Origin: Octopus sinensis
Taxonomy: Eukaryota
Length of the DNA: 64,000 bases
Direction of reading: 5' to 3'
NCBI RefSeq assembly: GCF_006345805.1
Contig: NC_043021.1
Location: 16,678,001-16,742,000 of the forward strand
How positions within the stretch are numbered: the stretch's first letter is position 1; every line of letters starts with the position of its first letter. Of the stretch, positions 38,514 through 50,924 are shown one piece after another. The translations under genes and the position numbers were made by a program. The notes under the pieces are model-generated. The model ran no database searches. It was not told the origin of the DNA and saw only the letters and a list, made by a program, of their open reading frames with translations.

Positions 38514-38794
38514 TCTTCTAACTGCTCAGTCGAAGTCGACTCTTGGTCACTCATTGGATCAGTGTCCTCCAGTCAGTTCTATCCTGGGCCGCTTCTTTCA
38601 GACTGGCTATGTCCATTCCGGTATAGCTCTTGATGGTGTCAAGTCAGCGGGTTCTTGGTCGGCCTCTTCTTCTCTTGCCACTGACCATTCCGAGCATGAT
38701 GTCCTTCTCCAGGGATTTTCTCCGCACAATATGACCGAAATATGCCAATCTATGCTTGGTGATCCTAGCTTCTAGCGACATTTTCGGCCTTATC
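38514..38794 (-). mobile_element. RTE (BovB-like) LINE 3' fragment with 10-bp TSD
   Basis: SLEARITKHRLAYFGHIVRRKSLEKDIMLGMVSGKRRRGRPRTR*LD; TSD CAGAAAAACT at 38504-38513 and 38795-38804. Confidence 0.85.
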
Positions 38795-38865
38795 CAGAAA
38801 AACTAACATACTGCAAATATACAAATGAGAAATTTGTTTAATTTAAATTAATTTTAACCCTTCAG

Positions 38866-39246
38866 TGGAGGCGCAATGGCCCAGTGGTTAGGGCAGCGGA
38901 CTCGTGGTCATAGGATCACGGTTTTGATTCCCAGACCGGGCGTTGTGAGTGTTTATTGAGCGAAAACACCTAAAGCTCCACGAGGCTCCGGCAGGGATGG
39001 TGGTGATCCCTGCTGTACTCTTTCACCACAACTTTCTCTCACTCTTACTTCCTGTTTCTGTTGTACCTGTATTTCAAAGGGCCGGCCTTGTCACTCTCTG
39101 TGCCATGCTGAATATCCCCAAGAACTACGTTAAGGGTACATGTGTCTGTGGAGTGCTCAGCCACTTACACGTTAATTTCACGAGCAGGCCGTTGATCGGA
39201 TCAACCGGAACCTTCGTTGTCGTAACCGACGGAGTGCTTCCATCCA
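38866..39246 (+). mobile_element. tRNA SINE family 3 with 12-bp TSD
   Basis: A-box TGGCCCAGTGG; TSD TTAACCCTTCAG at 38854-38865 and 39247-39258; partial copy near 34785. Confidence 0.85.
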
Positions 39247-39691
39247 TTAACCCTTCAGCATTCAAATTACTCTGTCAAAATAGTTGCTTATTTATTTTTC
39301 ACTGTTTTGAATTAATCATGCATTATTTAATAGCTTCAAGAATTCAATGGTGTGTTTGCATATTTTTAGAATGACATTGTAGGGTAGGTGTGAGAGGCTG
39401 GATTTGGTCAGTTTTAACATAAAACCGGCAGAATATTTTGGCCGGACCTAACTGGTTTAAATGCTAAAATGCTGAAATGAAATTTTGCAGAAATAAGTTT
39501 CCAAAGGTATAAATTATGTTAAATTGAGAAAATTAACATATTGCAAATATGCAAATAAGAAATTTGTTTAAATTAAATTAATTTTAACGCTTCAGAATTC
39601 AGATTACTCTGTCAAAATCTTTGCTTGTTTATTTACATTGTTTTAGATTAATCATACATTCTCATGTAGCTTCGAAATTTCAATGGTGTAC

Positions 39692-40090
39692 TCTTTTACT
39701 CTTTTACTTGCTTCAGTCATTTGACTGCGGCCATGCTGGAGCACCGCCTTTAATCGAGCAACTCGACCCCGGGACTTATTCTTTTGTAAGCCCAGTACTT
39801 ATTCTATTGGTCTCTTTTGCCGAACCGCTAAGTAACGGGGACATAAACACACCAGCATCGATTGTCAAGCAATGCTAGGGGGACAAACACAGACACACAA
39901 ACGCATATATATATATATACATACATATATACGACGGGCTTCTTTCAGTTTCCGTCTACCAAATCCACTCACAAGGCTTTGGTCGGCCCGAGGTTACAGT
40001 AGAAGACACTTGCCCAAGGTGCCACGCAGTGGGACTGAACCCGGAACCATGGGGTTGGTAAACAAGCTACTTACCACACAGCCACTCCTG
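39692..40090 (-). mobile_element. SINE family 1 inserted in a TTAA MITE
   Basis: Full reverse-complement copy; the MITE sequence resumes at TATTTTTAGAATGACATTG. Confidence 0.85.
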
Positions 40091-40534
40091 TGTTCGTATA
40101 TTTTTAGAATGACATTGTAGGGTAGGTGTGAGAGGCTGGATCTGATCAGTTTTAACATAAAATGGGCAGAATGTTTGGGCTGGATTGAATGCTAAAAGAT
40201 TAATTGATTTGAGGCTACTGGTTGAAAATACTTGCCTAAGGTACTGCACTTAGATTGACTGGCAACTTTGTTCTCCTTCACAGTAGCTTCACCCTCGTTA
40301 ACAGAGGTGGGTGCCGACATGTGACTGGGCTAATTACAGAAATGTTCTAGGAAATGTCGCATGTGCCGCACCAAAGTGACAATCCTCCTTCCATAACAAT
40401 CCCCCTTCCCTTGCTGTTTGTGTGATTCTCCTTCCCGCCCTGACCCCCCCATCCTAATTGGACTTTGATGCCTGTGTAGGGGAATGTGGCCATGAGACTC
40501 TGAGCTCATACTTCCGTAAAATGTTGTTTGCTCT

Positions 40535-40738
40535 CTTTTACTTGTTTCAGTCATTTGACTGCGGTCATGCTGGAGCACCACCTTTAATCGAGCAACTCGA
40601 CCCTGGGACCTATTCTTTTGTAAGCCCAGTACTCACTCTATCGGTCTCTTTTGCCGAACCGCTAAGTGACGGGGACATAAACACACCAGCATCGGTTGTG
40701 AAGCGATGCTCGGGGGACAAACACAGACACACAAACAC

Positions 40739-40775
<37 letters not shown>

Positions 40776-41128
40776 ATATATATATACGACGGGCTTCTTT
40801 CAGTTTCCGCCTACCAAATCCACTCACAAGGCTTTGGTCGGCCCGAGGCTATAGTAGAAGACACTTGCCCAAGGTGCCACGCAGTGGGACTGAACCCGGA
40901 ACCATGTGGTTGGTAAGCAAGCTACTTACCACACACCCACTCCTGCGCCTATATACATATATACGACGGGCTTCTTTCAGTTTCTGTCTACCAAATCCAC
41001 TCACAAGGCTTTGGTCGGCCCGAGGCTATAGCAGAAGACACTTGCCCAAGGTGCCACGCAGTGGGACTGAACCCGGAACCATGTGGTTGGTAGGCAAGCT
41101 ACTTACCACACCCCCACTCCTGTGCCTA
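40535..41128 (-). mobile_element. SINE family 1 with a tandemly duplicated head half
   Basis: Full copy 40535-40950 followed by a second head segment to 41128. Confidence 0.8.
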
Positions 41129-41416
41129 TAGCTGACTGAAATGTAATCTAGCAAGAAATTCTCTTTCGATTTACTTAATTAATTTCATACAAAACAGTAT
41201 CTGGAGTTAATTTTATTATTATTCCGCCGAGGCTGACTTTGCCTTTCATCCTTTTCGGGTCAATAATGTACCAGTTGTGTACTGGGGTTGATGTAATCAA
41301 CTAGTCCCTTCCCCTCAAATTTCAGGCCTTGTGCCTTTAGTAGAGAGGATTATTATTATTATTATTTCGTTTTGGGATTTGGTTTGCAAGATTCTTTATG
41401 CGAGTTCTTGTGTTGA

Positions 41417-41596
41417 ACCGATTGGGAGTCCATGCACCTCCACCGGCCGGTCGAACTCCTGCAAAAGCAATTGCTCAAGCAGTCGGTACTTGTGCACTTT
41501 CTCGAGGGCAGCCTCTTTCAAGGCGTCCTCCTGCTCCAATCTGACAGTCACGTCGACAACAACCACCTTTTCCGGACGGCTAAAGACCAGGTCTGT
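41417..41596 (-). mobile_element. R2-superfamily RLE domain fragment
   Basis: Stop-free TDLVFSRPEKVVVVDVTVRLEQEDALKEAALEKVHKYRLLEQLLLQEFDRPVEVHGLPIG matches PDL..DVTV..E..A..EK..KY..GxPxG. Confidence 0.75.
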
Positions 41597-41598
41597 TG

Positions 41599-41788
41599 TG
41601 TCTGGGGAGAGCCATTTTCTTTTTGTGCCTTTTAATGTAACACACTCACCAGTAAAATCTCCATTTATTTCTTATTTTTATTTTCCTACAAAATAGAAAA
41701 ATTAAAATTTAAAAAAAAAAGAAGTGGAAATTTTACCGTGAGTGTGTTACATTATAAGGCACAAAAAGAAAATTACTCTCCCCAGACA
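41599..41788. mobile_element. Internally deleted fold-back MITE
   Basis: Long imperfect TIRs TGTCTGGGGAGAG...ACACACTCAC / GTGAGTGTGT...CTCTCCCCAGACA; TA on the right side, TG on the left. Confidence 0.75.
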
Positions 41789-41891
41789 TAATAGAATATT
41801 ATTATTATGAGTTTGATACGAACCCAGCTGAAACCGCCTCTGACATCTCCACAGAAATATGGTAATAAAAGGGTTAAGAAACAATTCTTAA

Positions 41892-42366
41892 CCTTTTCAA
41901 TACCAACCCAGCTGAAACCGCTTCTGGCTCTGTAGTACAAATGTCTTGTTTTCAAAAGTTCTGAATTAAAATCTTCCACCAAACCTTAGTCACAATTTAT
42001 GTTCCTAACACTAACTTAATGATAACTAAGCTATTTTACTAAATTCTTTGTTATATTTTTAATTAATTGAAAGAAACAGAGAGCATCTCAACAGAAATAT
42101 GGTAACAAAAGGGTTAAAATATATAATAGAGGAACAATTCTTAACCCTTTCAATACCAACCCAGCTGAAACCGCCTCTGGCTCTGTAGTACAAATGTCTT
42201 GTTTTCAAAAGTTCTGAATTAAAATCTTCCACCAAACCTTAGTCACAATTTATGTTCCTAACACTAGCTGAATGACAACTAAGTTATTTTACTAAATTCT
42301 TTGTTATATTTTAAATTAATTGAAAGAAACAGAGAGCATCTCAACAGAAATATGGTAACAAAACGG
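41892..42366. mobile_element. Two tandem piggyBac-like TTAA MITEs (41892-42113 and 42145-42366)
   Basis: TTAA-CC(C)TTT...AAAGGG-TTAA; the flank AACAATTC is duplicated with each copy. Confidence 0.8.
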
Positions 42367-43002
42367 TTAAAATGGTGAGCTGGCAGAATTGTTAGCACAA
42401 CAGACAACAATGCTTGGTGTATTTCTTCCGGCTTTGAGTTTTGAGTTCAAATTCCACTGAGGTCAGCTTTGTTTTTCATGCTTACAGGGTTGATAAAATA
42501 AGTACCAGATGAGCACTTGGGTTGATGTAATCGACCAGTCACCCCACTCCCCAAAAACGTCATGCTTTGTGTCTTTTGTAGAAAGGATTATTATTATTGA
42601 GTGAGAGAGCAGTGCATACCATCAAAGTGACACTGGGGTACAAATATACGAAGCCCAGTATACACATCATGACTACCCATCTGATGAGGGTACACCAGGC
42701 ACATGCATCACAACCATATGTGCATGACATGGTGACAGATATGTTTCTTTATTAGCCACACAGGGCTGCACACAGACAGGACAAATTACAAGGTAGAGCT
42801 TTTCTTTTGGGGGTAAAAAAGGGGGGTTGGTTTTCGATCAAAAGGGATCGTAAAAGGAAAGCAAGAGGATAAAAAAAGGGGGGATAAGATAAAAAAAAGG
42901 AGGGGGGAGGGAAAAGAAAAAAATTGATCAATAGGGATCATTATCACAGAAATGTCAATATGAAGTGTAAAGGGGAGGACAGGTGAGGTTTACCCGTGGA
43001 AC

Positions 43003-43116
43003 AGATAGATAGATAGATAGATAGATAGGCAGATAGATAGATAGATAGATAGGCAGATAGATAGATAGGCAGACAGACAGACAGACAGGTAGATAGATAG
43101 ATAGGTAGGCAGACAG
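43003..43116. repeat. (GATA)n/(GACA)n microsatellite
   Basis: Directly visible. Confidence 0.9.
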
Positions 43117-43702
43117 GTAAATTGGTAAAAAGGCGGCGAGCTGGCAGAGTCGTTAGCACGCCGGGCGAAACACGTAGCTGTATTTCGTCTGCCGTTACGT
43201 CCTGAGTTCAAATTCCGCCGAGGTCGACTTTGCCTTTCATCCTTTCGGGGTCGATAAATTAAGTACCAATTACGCACTGGGGTCGATGTAATCGACTTAA
43301 TCCGTTTGTCTATTCTTGTTTGTCCCCTCTATGTTTAGCCCCTTGTGGGCAGTAAAGAAATAGATAGATAGACAGACAGACGTATAGATAGATACTTAGA
43401 TAAACAGATAGATTAATAGATAGATAGATAGATAGAGCGAGAAAGAAAGAGTGCGTACACGCTGATTCTTACTTGCTGCTGAGGGGAAACAGAGACGCGT
43501 ACGAGAGTTGAGTGGAATACATCGCAGATACGCGAGAACCGCGTGAAAGAAAGACAGAAGTTGATCAGGGAGAACAAATACAGAGCTAGCAGTAAAGCAA
43601 AACACTGGCTGGATGTTTATTTATTTATGTATATAGCGGCAATGGTGAACAATAGCGTCGTTGGCTACAGGACTCTAATGATAGGTGGTCAGTTATTGGT
43701 TT

Positions 43703-44303
43703 ACTGGCGAGCTGGCAGAATCGTTAGCACGCCGGGCAGAATGCTTAGCGGTATTTCGTCTGCCGCTACGTTCTGAGTTCAAATTCCGCCGAGGTCGACT
43801 TTGCCTTTCATCCTTTCGGGGGTCGATTAAATAAGTACCAGTTACGCACTGGGGTCGATGTAATCGACTTAATCCGTTTGTCTGTCCTTGTTTGGCCTCT
43901 CTGTGTTTAGCCCCTTGTTGGTAATAAAGAAATAGGTATTCCATCTGCCGTTACGTTCTGAGTTCAAATTCCGCCGAGGTCTACTTTGCCTTTCATCCTT
44001 TCGGGGTCGATAAATTAAGTACCAGTTACGCACTGGGGTCGATGTAATCGACTTAATCCGTTTGTCTGTCCTTGTTTGGCCTCTCTGTGTTTAGCCCCTT
44101 GTTGGTAATAAAGAAATAGGTATTCCATCTGCCGTTACGTTCTGAGTTCAAATTCCGCCGAGGTCTACTTTGCCTTTCATCCTTTCGGGGTCGATAAATT
44201 AAGTACCAGTTACGCACTGGGGTCGATGTAATCGACTTAATCCGTTTGTCTGTCCTTGTTTGGCCTCTCTGTGTTTAGCCCCTTGTGGGTAGTAAAGAAA
44301 TAG
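43703..44303 (+). mobile_element. SINE family 2, tandem triplication with 184-bp period
   Basis: GTAATAAAG recurs at 43921 and 44105; the junction is AATAGGTATT|CCATCTGCCG. Confidence 0.85.
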
Positions 44304-46528
44304 GTTTACTGTTATGTGTGTGTGTGTATAAATATATATAAGGTGTGTGTACGATTTCTGTCCACAAAATATCACTCACAACACGAAGTTATTGTAGAAG
44401 AAATTTACTAAATTACCTAATCCTAACTGAACATACAATTGGAGCCAGCGAATCTTTTAACCACAGAGCCAGACACACACAAATTTAGGGCACAAATAAG
44501 AAAAGCACGATTCGGTACATGAAGCCAAGAGTTACGTGAAAAGACCCAATGTTTATAAGAAGGGAAAAGCGTAAACAAAACGGTGCATGTAACAGAAATA
44601 CATTGTGCTATTCTTGGTCTGACGAAGTTATCTCCCTTTATCTGTAAATATCACCAACTGAGCTTTCGTGTCCCACTATATCGATAGGATAGGCCTTTAC
44701 GTAAAAACCTGGACACTCTCTCTGCTGATGGACACACACACACACACACACACACACGTAAAGTTATATAATCGGTACATTCTATTTAATACTATACATT
44801 TCGAATATATGTACTCTTTTATTTGTTTCAGTCATTTTGATTGTGGTCATGCTGGAGCACTGCCTTTAGTCGAGCAAATCGACCCCAGGACTTATTCTGT
44901 GCAAGCCGAGTATTTATTCTATGGGTTCTTTTGCCGAACCGCTTGGTTACGGGGATGTAAACATACCACTATCGGTTGTCAAGCGATGTTGGGCTACACA
45001 CATATATATATATATACGACAGGCTTCTTTCAGTTTCCGTCTACCAAATCCACTCACAAGGCTTTGGTCAACCTTAGACTTCAATAGAAGACACTTGCCC
45101 AAGGTGCCGTGCAATGGGACTGAACCTGGCAAACAAGCTACTTACCACACAGCCACTCCAGCACCTATATATATATATATGTGTGTGTGTGTGTATGTAT
45201 ATATACACACACACATACATACATACATACGTATATTGATGTTGGGGTGGGTGGCATACCTACATAATTTGTTTGTGCTCTTTGCCTTCTGGAATTTGTT
45301 AAAAGATAAGTGCAGGCGTAGCTATGTGGTAAGAAGTTTGCTTCCTAACCACATCGTTCTGGGTTCAGTCCCACTACATAGCACCTTGGGCAAGTGTCAC
45401 TTGTGAGAGGATTTGGTTGACGGAAACTGAAAGAAGCCCGTCGTGTATATGTGTGTGTGTGTGTGCGTGTGTGTTTATGTATTTGTCTGTTTGTCTTCTT
45501 GCTATTGTTTGACAACCGATGCTGGTATGCTTATGTACCGGTAACTTAGTGGTTCACCAAAAAGAATAAGTACTAGGTTTACAAAGATGAAGTCCAGGGG
45601 TCGACTTTTTTGACTAAAACCGTTTGAGGCGGCGCTCCAGCATGGCTGCGGTCAAATGACTAAAACAACTAACAAAATAATATGTGTGTGTCCCTACCAC
45701 TGGCAACCGCTGTTGGTGTGTTCACATCCTCGTAGCTTAGTGGTTCAGCAAAAAGAGATTGATAGAATGAATACTCATTTTTAAAAAAAATATCGGGATC
45801 AATTCACTCAACGGAAATCCTTCCACCAGGTGGTGCTCTAGCATGGCTGCTGTCTAATGACAGAAACAAGTAAAAGAATAACAGAGAAATACTTTCCAGA
45901 AGGTTTTTGTTGTGGAATTTGGATTCTTTTATTCTTTTACTTGTTTCAGTCATTTTGACTGCGGCCATGCTGGAGCACTGCCTTTAGCTGAACAAATCAA
46001 CCCCAGGACTTATTCTTTTGTAAGCCTAGTACTTATTCTATCGGTTTCTTTTTCCGAATTGTTAACTTACAGAGATGTAAACACACCAACATGGGTTGTC
46101 AAGCGATGGTGGGGGGGGGGGGGACAAAGACAGACAGAGAGACACACACACATATACAACAGGCTTCTTTCAGTTTCCGTCTACCAAATCCACTCACAAG
46201 ACTTTGGTCGGCTCGAGGCTATGGTAGAAGACAATTGCCCAAGGTGCCATGCAGTGGGACTGAACCTGGAACCATGTGGTTGGTAAGCAAGCTTCTTACC
46301 ACACAGCCATGCCTGGAATTTGCCATAAAATTTTTTTTCCAAATGGGTTGAGAGGGATTTCGGATGATTTACAAGCCTCGTCTTTGTTTCCTCCTACATT
46401 TCAATGATGCAGAAAAAGAATTTGGAAGACTATTCCATTCTTTCCCTTCTGGAATTTGCTAGATAAATATTTTTCTATGAAATTTTCCAACCTTAGAGCA
46501 TAGCAAACCTCCATATCAACAAACTTAC

Positions 46529-46790
46529 CTTTTACTCTTTTACAAGCTTCAGCCTTGAGGCTGCGGCCATGCTGGGGCACCACATTTGATCATTCTTTTA
46601 TTCTTTTATAAGCTTCAGCCTTGAGGCTGTGGCCATGCTGGGGCACCACTTCTGATCATTCTTTTACTCTTTATAAGCTTCAGCCTCGAGGCTGCGGCCA
46701 TGCTGGGGCACCACATTTGATCATTCTTTTACTCTTTATAAGCTTTAGCCTCGAGGCTGCGGCCATGCTGGGGCACCATTTTGATCTTGT
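46529..46790. repeat. 65-66-bp tandem repeat, 4 copies, derived from a SINE tail
   Basis: Unit CTTTTACTCTTTTATAAGCTTCAGCCTCGAGGCTGCGGCCATGCTGGGGCACCACATTTGATCATT. Confidence 0.85.
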
Positions 46791-48040
46791 TTTTTTTTTT
46801 TAAATTATGCCAGTATCTCTGGAAAATTTTTATCGTTCTCTTTTTGCCGAACCACTAAGTTAAAGGGATGTGAACACACTGACACCAGTTGTCAAGTAGT
46901 GGTGGGGGGACAACCCCCCCACACACACACACACATGCATGTTTCTCAACCGCATAGTCCTAGGTTCAGTCCCACGGTGTGGCACCTTGGGCAAGTATCT
47001 TCCACTATAACACCAGGCTGACCAAAGCCTTATGAATGGATTTGGCAGATGGAAACTGAAAGAAGCCCATTGTACATATATGGCAGCACCACAGCTGGAA
47101 ATCAATAGTCAAGACTAAAGGGAGACAATTGTTTACCTTCGTGGTGCTTTGGTGACCGCAAGATGGCAGCACGGGCAAAGCTCAATGGACAATGGTGAAG
47201 GGAGATAATCACCAGGGGGCTTACCCTTAAAAATGAGGCTTTCTCCCTCCATATTTTAAAGAGGCCAGCAGTGTTTGGTCTCAGAAGATATGCCGTAAGG
47301 CTAAACCCCTTATGAGTGAGAAACCCAGGGCAATCCCATAAACCGGCCTACTCCACTATAATATATGTGTATGTGTGTGTGCGTGGGTATATTTATGTGT
47401 GTGTGTCTTTGTGTCAATGTTTGTCACCCCATCACCGCTTGACAACCGGTGTTGGTGTGTTTACATTCCCGTAACTTAGCAGTTCGGCAAAAGAAACCGA
47501 TAGAAATAATACTAGGCTTAAAAAATAAGTCCTGGGGTCAATTTGTTCGACTAAAAAACCCTTTAAGGCAGTGCTCCAGCATGGCTGCAGTGACATGACT
47601 GAAACAAATAAAAGAATAAAAGAGCCATAATGAACTTCTTTCAGTTTCCCTCTACCAGATCTACTCACAATGCTTTCATCAGCCTGGCCAAACGTGCCAC
47701 ACAGTGGGACTGAACCCAGATTCATGCAGTTGGGAAGAAAACTTTTTACCACCCAGCCATGCTTGCACCAACTTGTCTGGTGAACACGGAGTGTATTCAA
47801 TGAAACCCCTTCGTCCAGTCCACCTGTTTGGCAAGATCTCATCAAGGAAGGATCTAACAGCGTGATGGTTGTGTGGGGGAGGGCCACCTTGCTGAAAATA
47901 AAACTCTTCATCTTCAAGGTCTTCTCTAATGCTTGGCATGAGAGACTGCTGCCACAAGTTCAAGTAAACGGGACCACTCACAGTAGCGTCAAAAAAGAAT
48001 GGTCCAGTTAATTCTCTTGATAATAAGCCACACCACACTC

Positions 48041-48440
48041 TCTCTTTACTCTCTTTTACTTGTTTCAGACATTTGACTGCGGTCATGCTGGAGCACCGCC
48101 TTTAATCAAGCAACTCGACCCCGGGACTTATTCTTTTGTAAGCCCAGTACTTATTCTATCGGTCTCTTTTTGCCGAACCGCTAAGTAACAGGGACATAAA
48201 CACACCAGCATCGGTTGTCAAGCAATGCTAGGGGGACAAACACAGACACACAAACACACACATGCATATATATACATATATACGACAGGCTTCTTTCAGT
48301 TTCCGTCTACCAAATCCACTCACAAGGCTTTGGTCGGCCCGAGGCTATAGTAGAAGGCACCTGCTCAGGGTGCCACGCAGTGGGACTGAACCCGGAATCA
48401 TGTGGTTGGTTAACAAGCTACTTACCACACAGCCACTCCT
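48041..48440 (-). mobile_element. SINE family 1 inside the transposase gene
   Basis: Full reverse copy between NLPG and VWCGL. Confidence 0.85.
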
Positions 48441-48637
48441 GGTAAATTAACAAGGTGCTCCACCATAACATACAGATTCTCAGGTCCCCAGGCGGTGCAA
48501 TTGTGGTGGTTAATTGAACCATTTAATTTGAATGTGGCCTTATCACTCCACACAATCTTTGTTGGAAAGTGTGCATCTTCTGCACATCGTGCCAAGTACC
48601 ACTTGCAATACTGCACACTTCGGTCTGGATCATCGTC

Positions 48638-49031
48638 AGGAGTGGCTGTGCGGTAAGTAGCTTGCTAACCAAACACATGGTTCCGGGTTCAGTCCCACTG
48701 CGTGGCATCTTGGGCAAGTGTCTTCTGCTATATCCCCGGGCCGACCAATGCCTTGTGAGTGGATTTGGTAGACAGAAACTGAAAGAAGCCTGTCGTATAT
48801 GTGTATGTATATATATATATATATGTATGTGTTTGTTTGTCCCCCTAGCATTGATTGACAACCGATGCTGGTGTGTTTACGTCCCCGTCACTTAGCGGTT
48901 CGGCAAAAGCGACCGATATAATAAGTACTGGGCTTACAAAGAATAAGTCCTGGGGTCGATTTGCTCGACTAAAGGTGGTGCTCCAGCATGGCCGCAGTCA
49001 AATGACAGAAACAAGTAAAAGAGTAAAGAGT
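48638..49031 (+). mobile_element. SINE family 1 inside the transposase gene
   Basis: Full forward copy between LVHAVN and DDPDR. Confidence 0.85.
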
Positions 49032-49745
49032 ATTAACAGCATGGACTAATCATGGAATGTAACTTTTCCACTGACACCACTTCAAAATACATTGGGCTGA
49101 CAATTTTGAAATATCTACCTCATGACTTGCTTGCCGCAAAGATTTTCTTGGACTTTCGTGATACGTTTCCAGCACTCCTTCTTGCTTTGTGGCAGTTGTC
49201 GATGTTCGTGGTCTTCCGGAATGCTTCTCATGGACATTCTGAACAGTTCCATTGGCTTCAAACTTATCTCTAATTCGAATGATGGCAAGTCGCATTGGTG
49301 GATCTGTTTGAAACTCCCTCCTAAACTGTCTTTGAACTGCGTTTCACACTTTAAACTGCGTTTTCACACTTCCAGTAGCATTTTAGAATTAATTTCTTCT
49401 GTTCAAACCATAGTCTGACTGCCATCATTAATTCCAATGGGTTTAATCTGGAAAGAAAAAAACATCAATTGAATTATCAGATGCTAAAGTGTGTATACAT
49501 TTTTTGGGCGACATCCTGTACATATATATGTGTGTGTGTGTATATATATGTATGTATATTTATATATATATATAGGCGCAGGAGTAGCTGTGTGGTAAGT
49601 AGCTTGTTTACCAACTACATGGTTCCAGCTTCGGTCCCACTGTGTGGAAACTTGGGCAAGTGTCTTCTACTATTTCCTTGGGCCAACCAAAGCCTTGTGA
49701 GTGGGTTTGGTAGATGGAAACTGAAAGAAGCCCATCCTATATATA

Positions 49746-49783
<38 letters not shown>

Positions 49784-50015
49784 TATATATACATATATAT
49801 GTATATATATATATATATGTATATATATATTCATCATCATCATAATCATCATCATCATTTAGCGTCCGTTTTCCATGCATGGGTTGGACGGTTTAACTGG
49901 GGTCTGTGAAGCCGGAAGGCTTCATCAGGCCCAGTCAGATTTGGCAGTGTTTCTACGGCTGGATGCCCTTCCTAACGCCAACCACTCATATATATATATA
50001 CATATATATACATAC

Positions 50016-50049
<34 letters not shown>

Positions 50050-50053
50050 TTGG

Positions 50054-50086
<33 letters not shown>

Positions 50087-50577
50087 CATACACACACACA
50101 CACACTCATGTCATGTGTTCTGTTAGTACTACCAAATATACATTTATATTATATATACACATGCAAATGCATAAAATGCAGTCAGTGTTAATACTTTTTT
50201 CTTTTTATGTCAATTATAAGACCATAAAACTCAGGTGTGTGAACAAAAACCACTGCCAATCCCTTTCATTGACATTACTCAGCGAAACTTACAACACAAA
50301 AAACGAAAAACCAAAAGTCATCTTTTATTACACCTTTAGGCAGATAAGAACAGTTGGGGTCAACGTAGAAGAATAGAATAAGAGAAGAAGGTGGGAGCGA
50401 GAGGGTAAATGAGTGTGACCTTTGACACTAAAGTACAAACAGGTATTTAAACATTTTTTTTTATTACTTTTATTGCTTTTATTTGTTTTGGTTATTTGAC
50501 TGCGACCATGCTGGAGTACCACCTTTAGTTGAACAATTCGACCTCAGGACTTATTCTTTGTAAGCCTAGTACTCAAT

Positions 50578-50795
50578 CGAAGGAGAGGGGCTTTCTCCAT
50601 CCGGGTTGTGGATCCGTGGAACAAGCTGCCAGATGAGATGGTGAAGATGCCGACGACCTCTTTGTTCAAAGTCTCCCTTGACCTCAAGTGGCCTGAACTC
50701 TTTACATGAACACCACCCTGTACATAACTCCATGTCCCCCTTGCTTTTTGCTTTTTTAGCCAAAAAACTTAACTAACTAACTAACTAACTAACTA
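50578..50795 (+). mobile_element. CR1 LINE 3' end with (CTAA)n tail, inserted in a SINE
   Basis: RRRGAFSIRVVDPWNKLPDEMVKMPTTSLFKVSLDLKWPELFT* matches the CR1 FS.RVV..WN.LP..V...FK..LD terminus. Confidence 0.8.
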
Positions 50796-50924
50796 CTTAT
50801 TCTATCGGACTCTTTTGCTGAACTGCTAAGTTACGGGGACATAAACACACCAACATCGGTTGTCAAGCGATGGTGCGAGGAAAAACACAGGCACACACAC
50901 GCACAAATATTTACATATATGTAT

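Larger units (their letters stand above)
47772..49518 (-). mobile_element. Tc1/mariner-superfamily transposon relic (maT-like), split by SINEs
   Basis: End TA|CAGGATGTCGCCCAAAAATGTATACAC at 49518; decayed transposase [76 protein letters not shown]. Confidence 0.85.

Noticed and set aside
38866-38935. tRNA genes at SINE heads
   Set aside because: A/B boxes are present, but they continue into SINE bodies, recur in many diverged copies and I could not fold a full cloverleaf.
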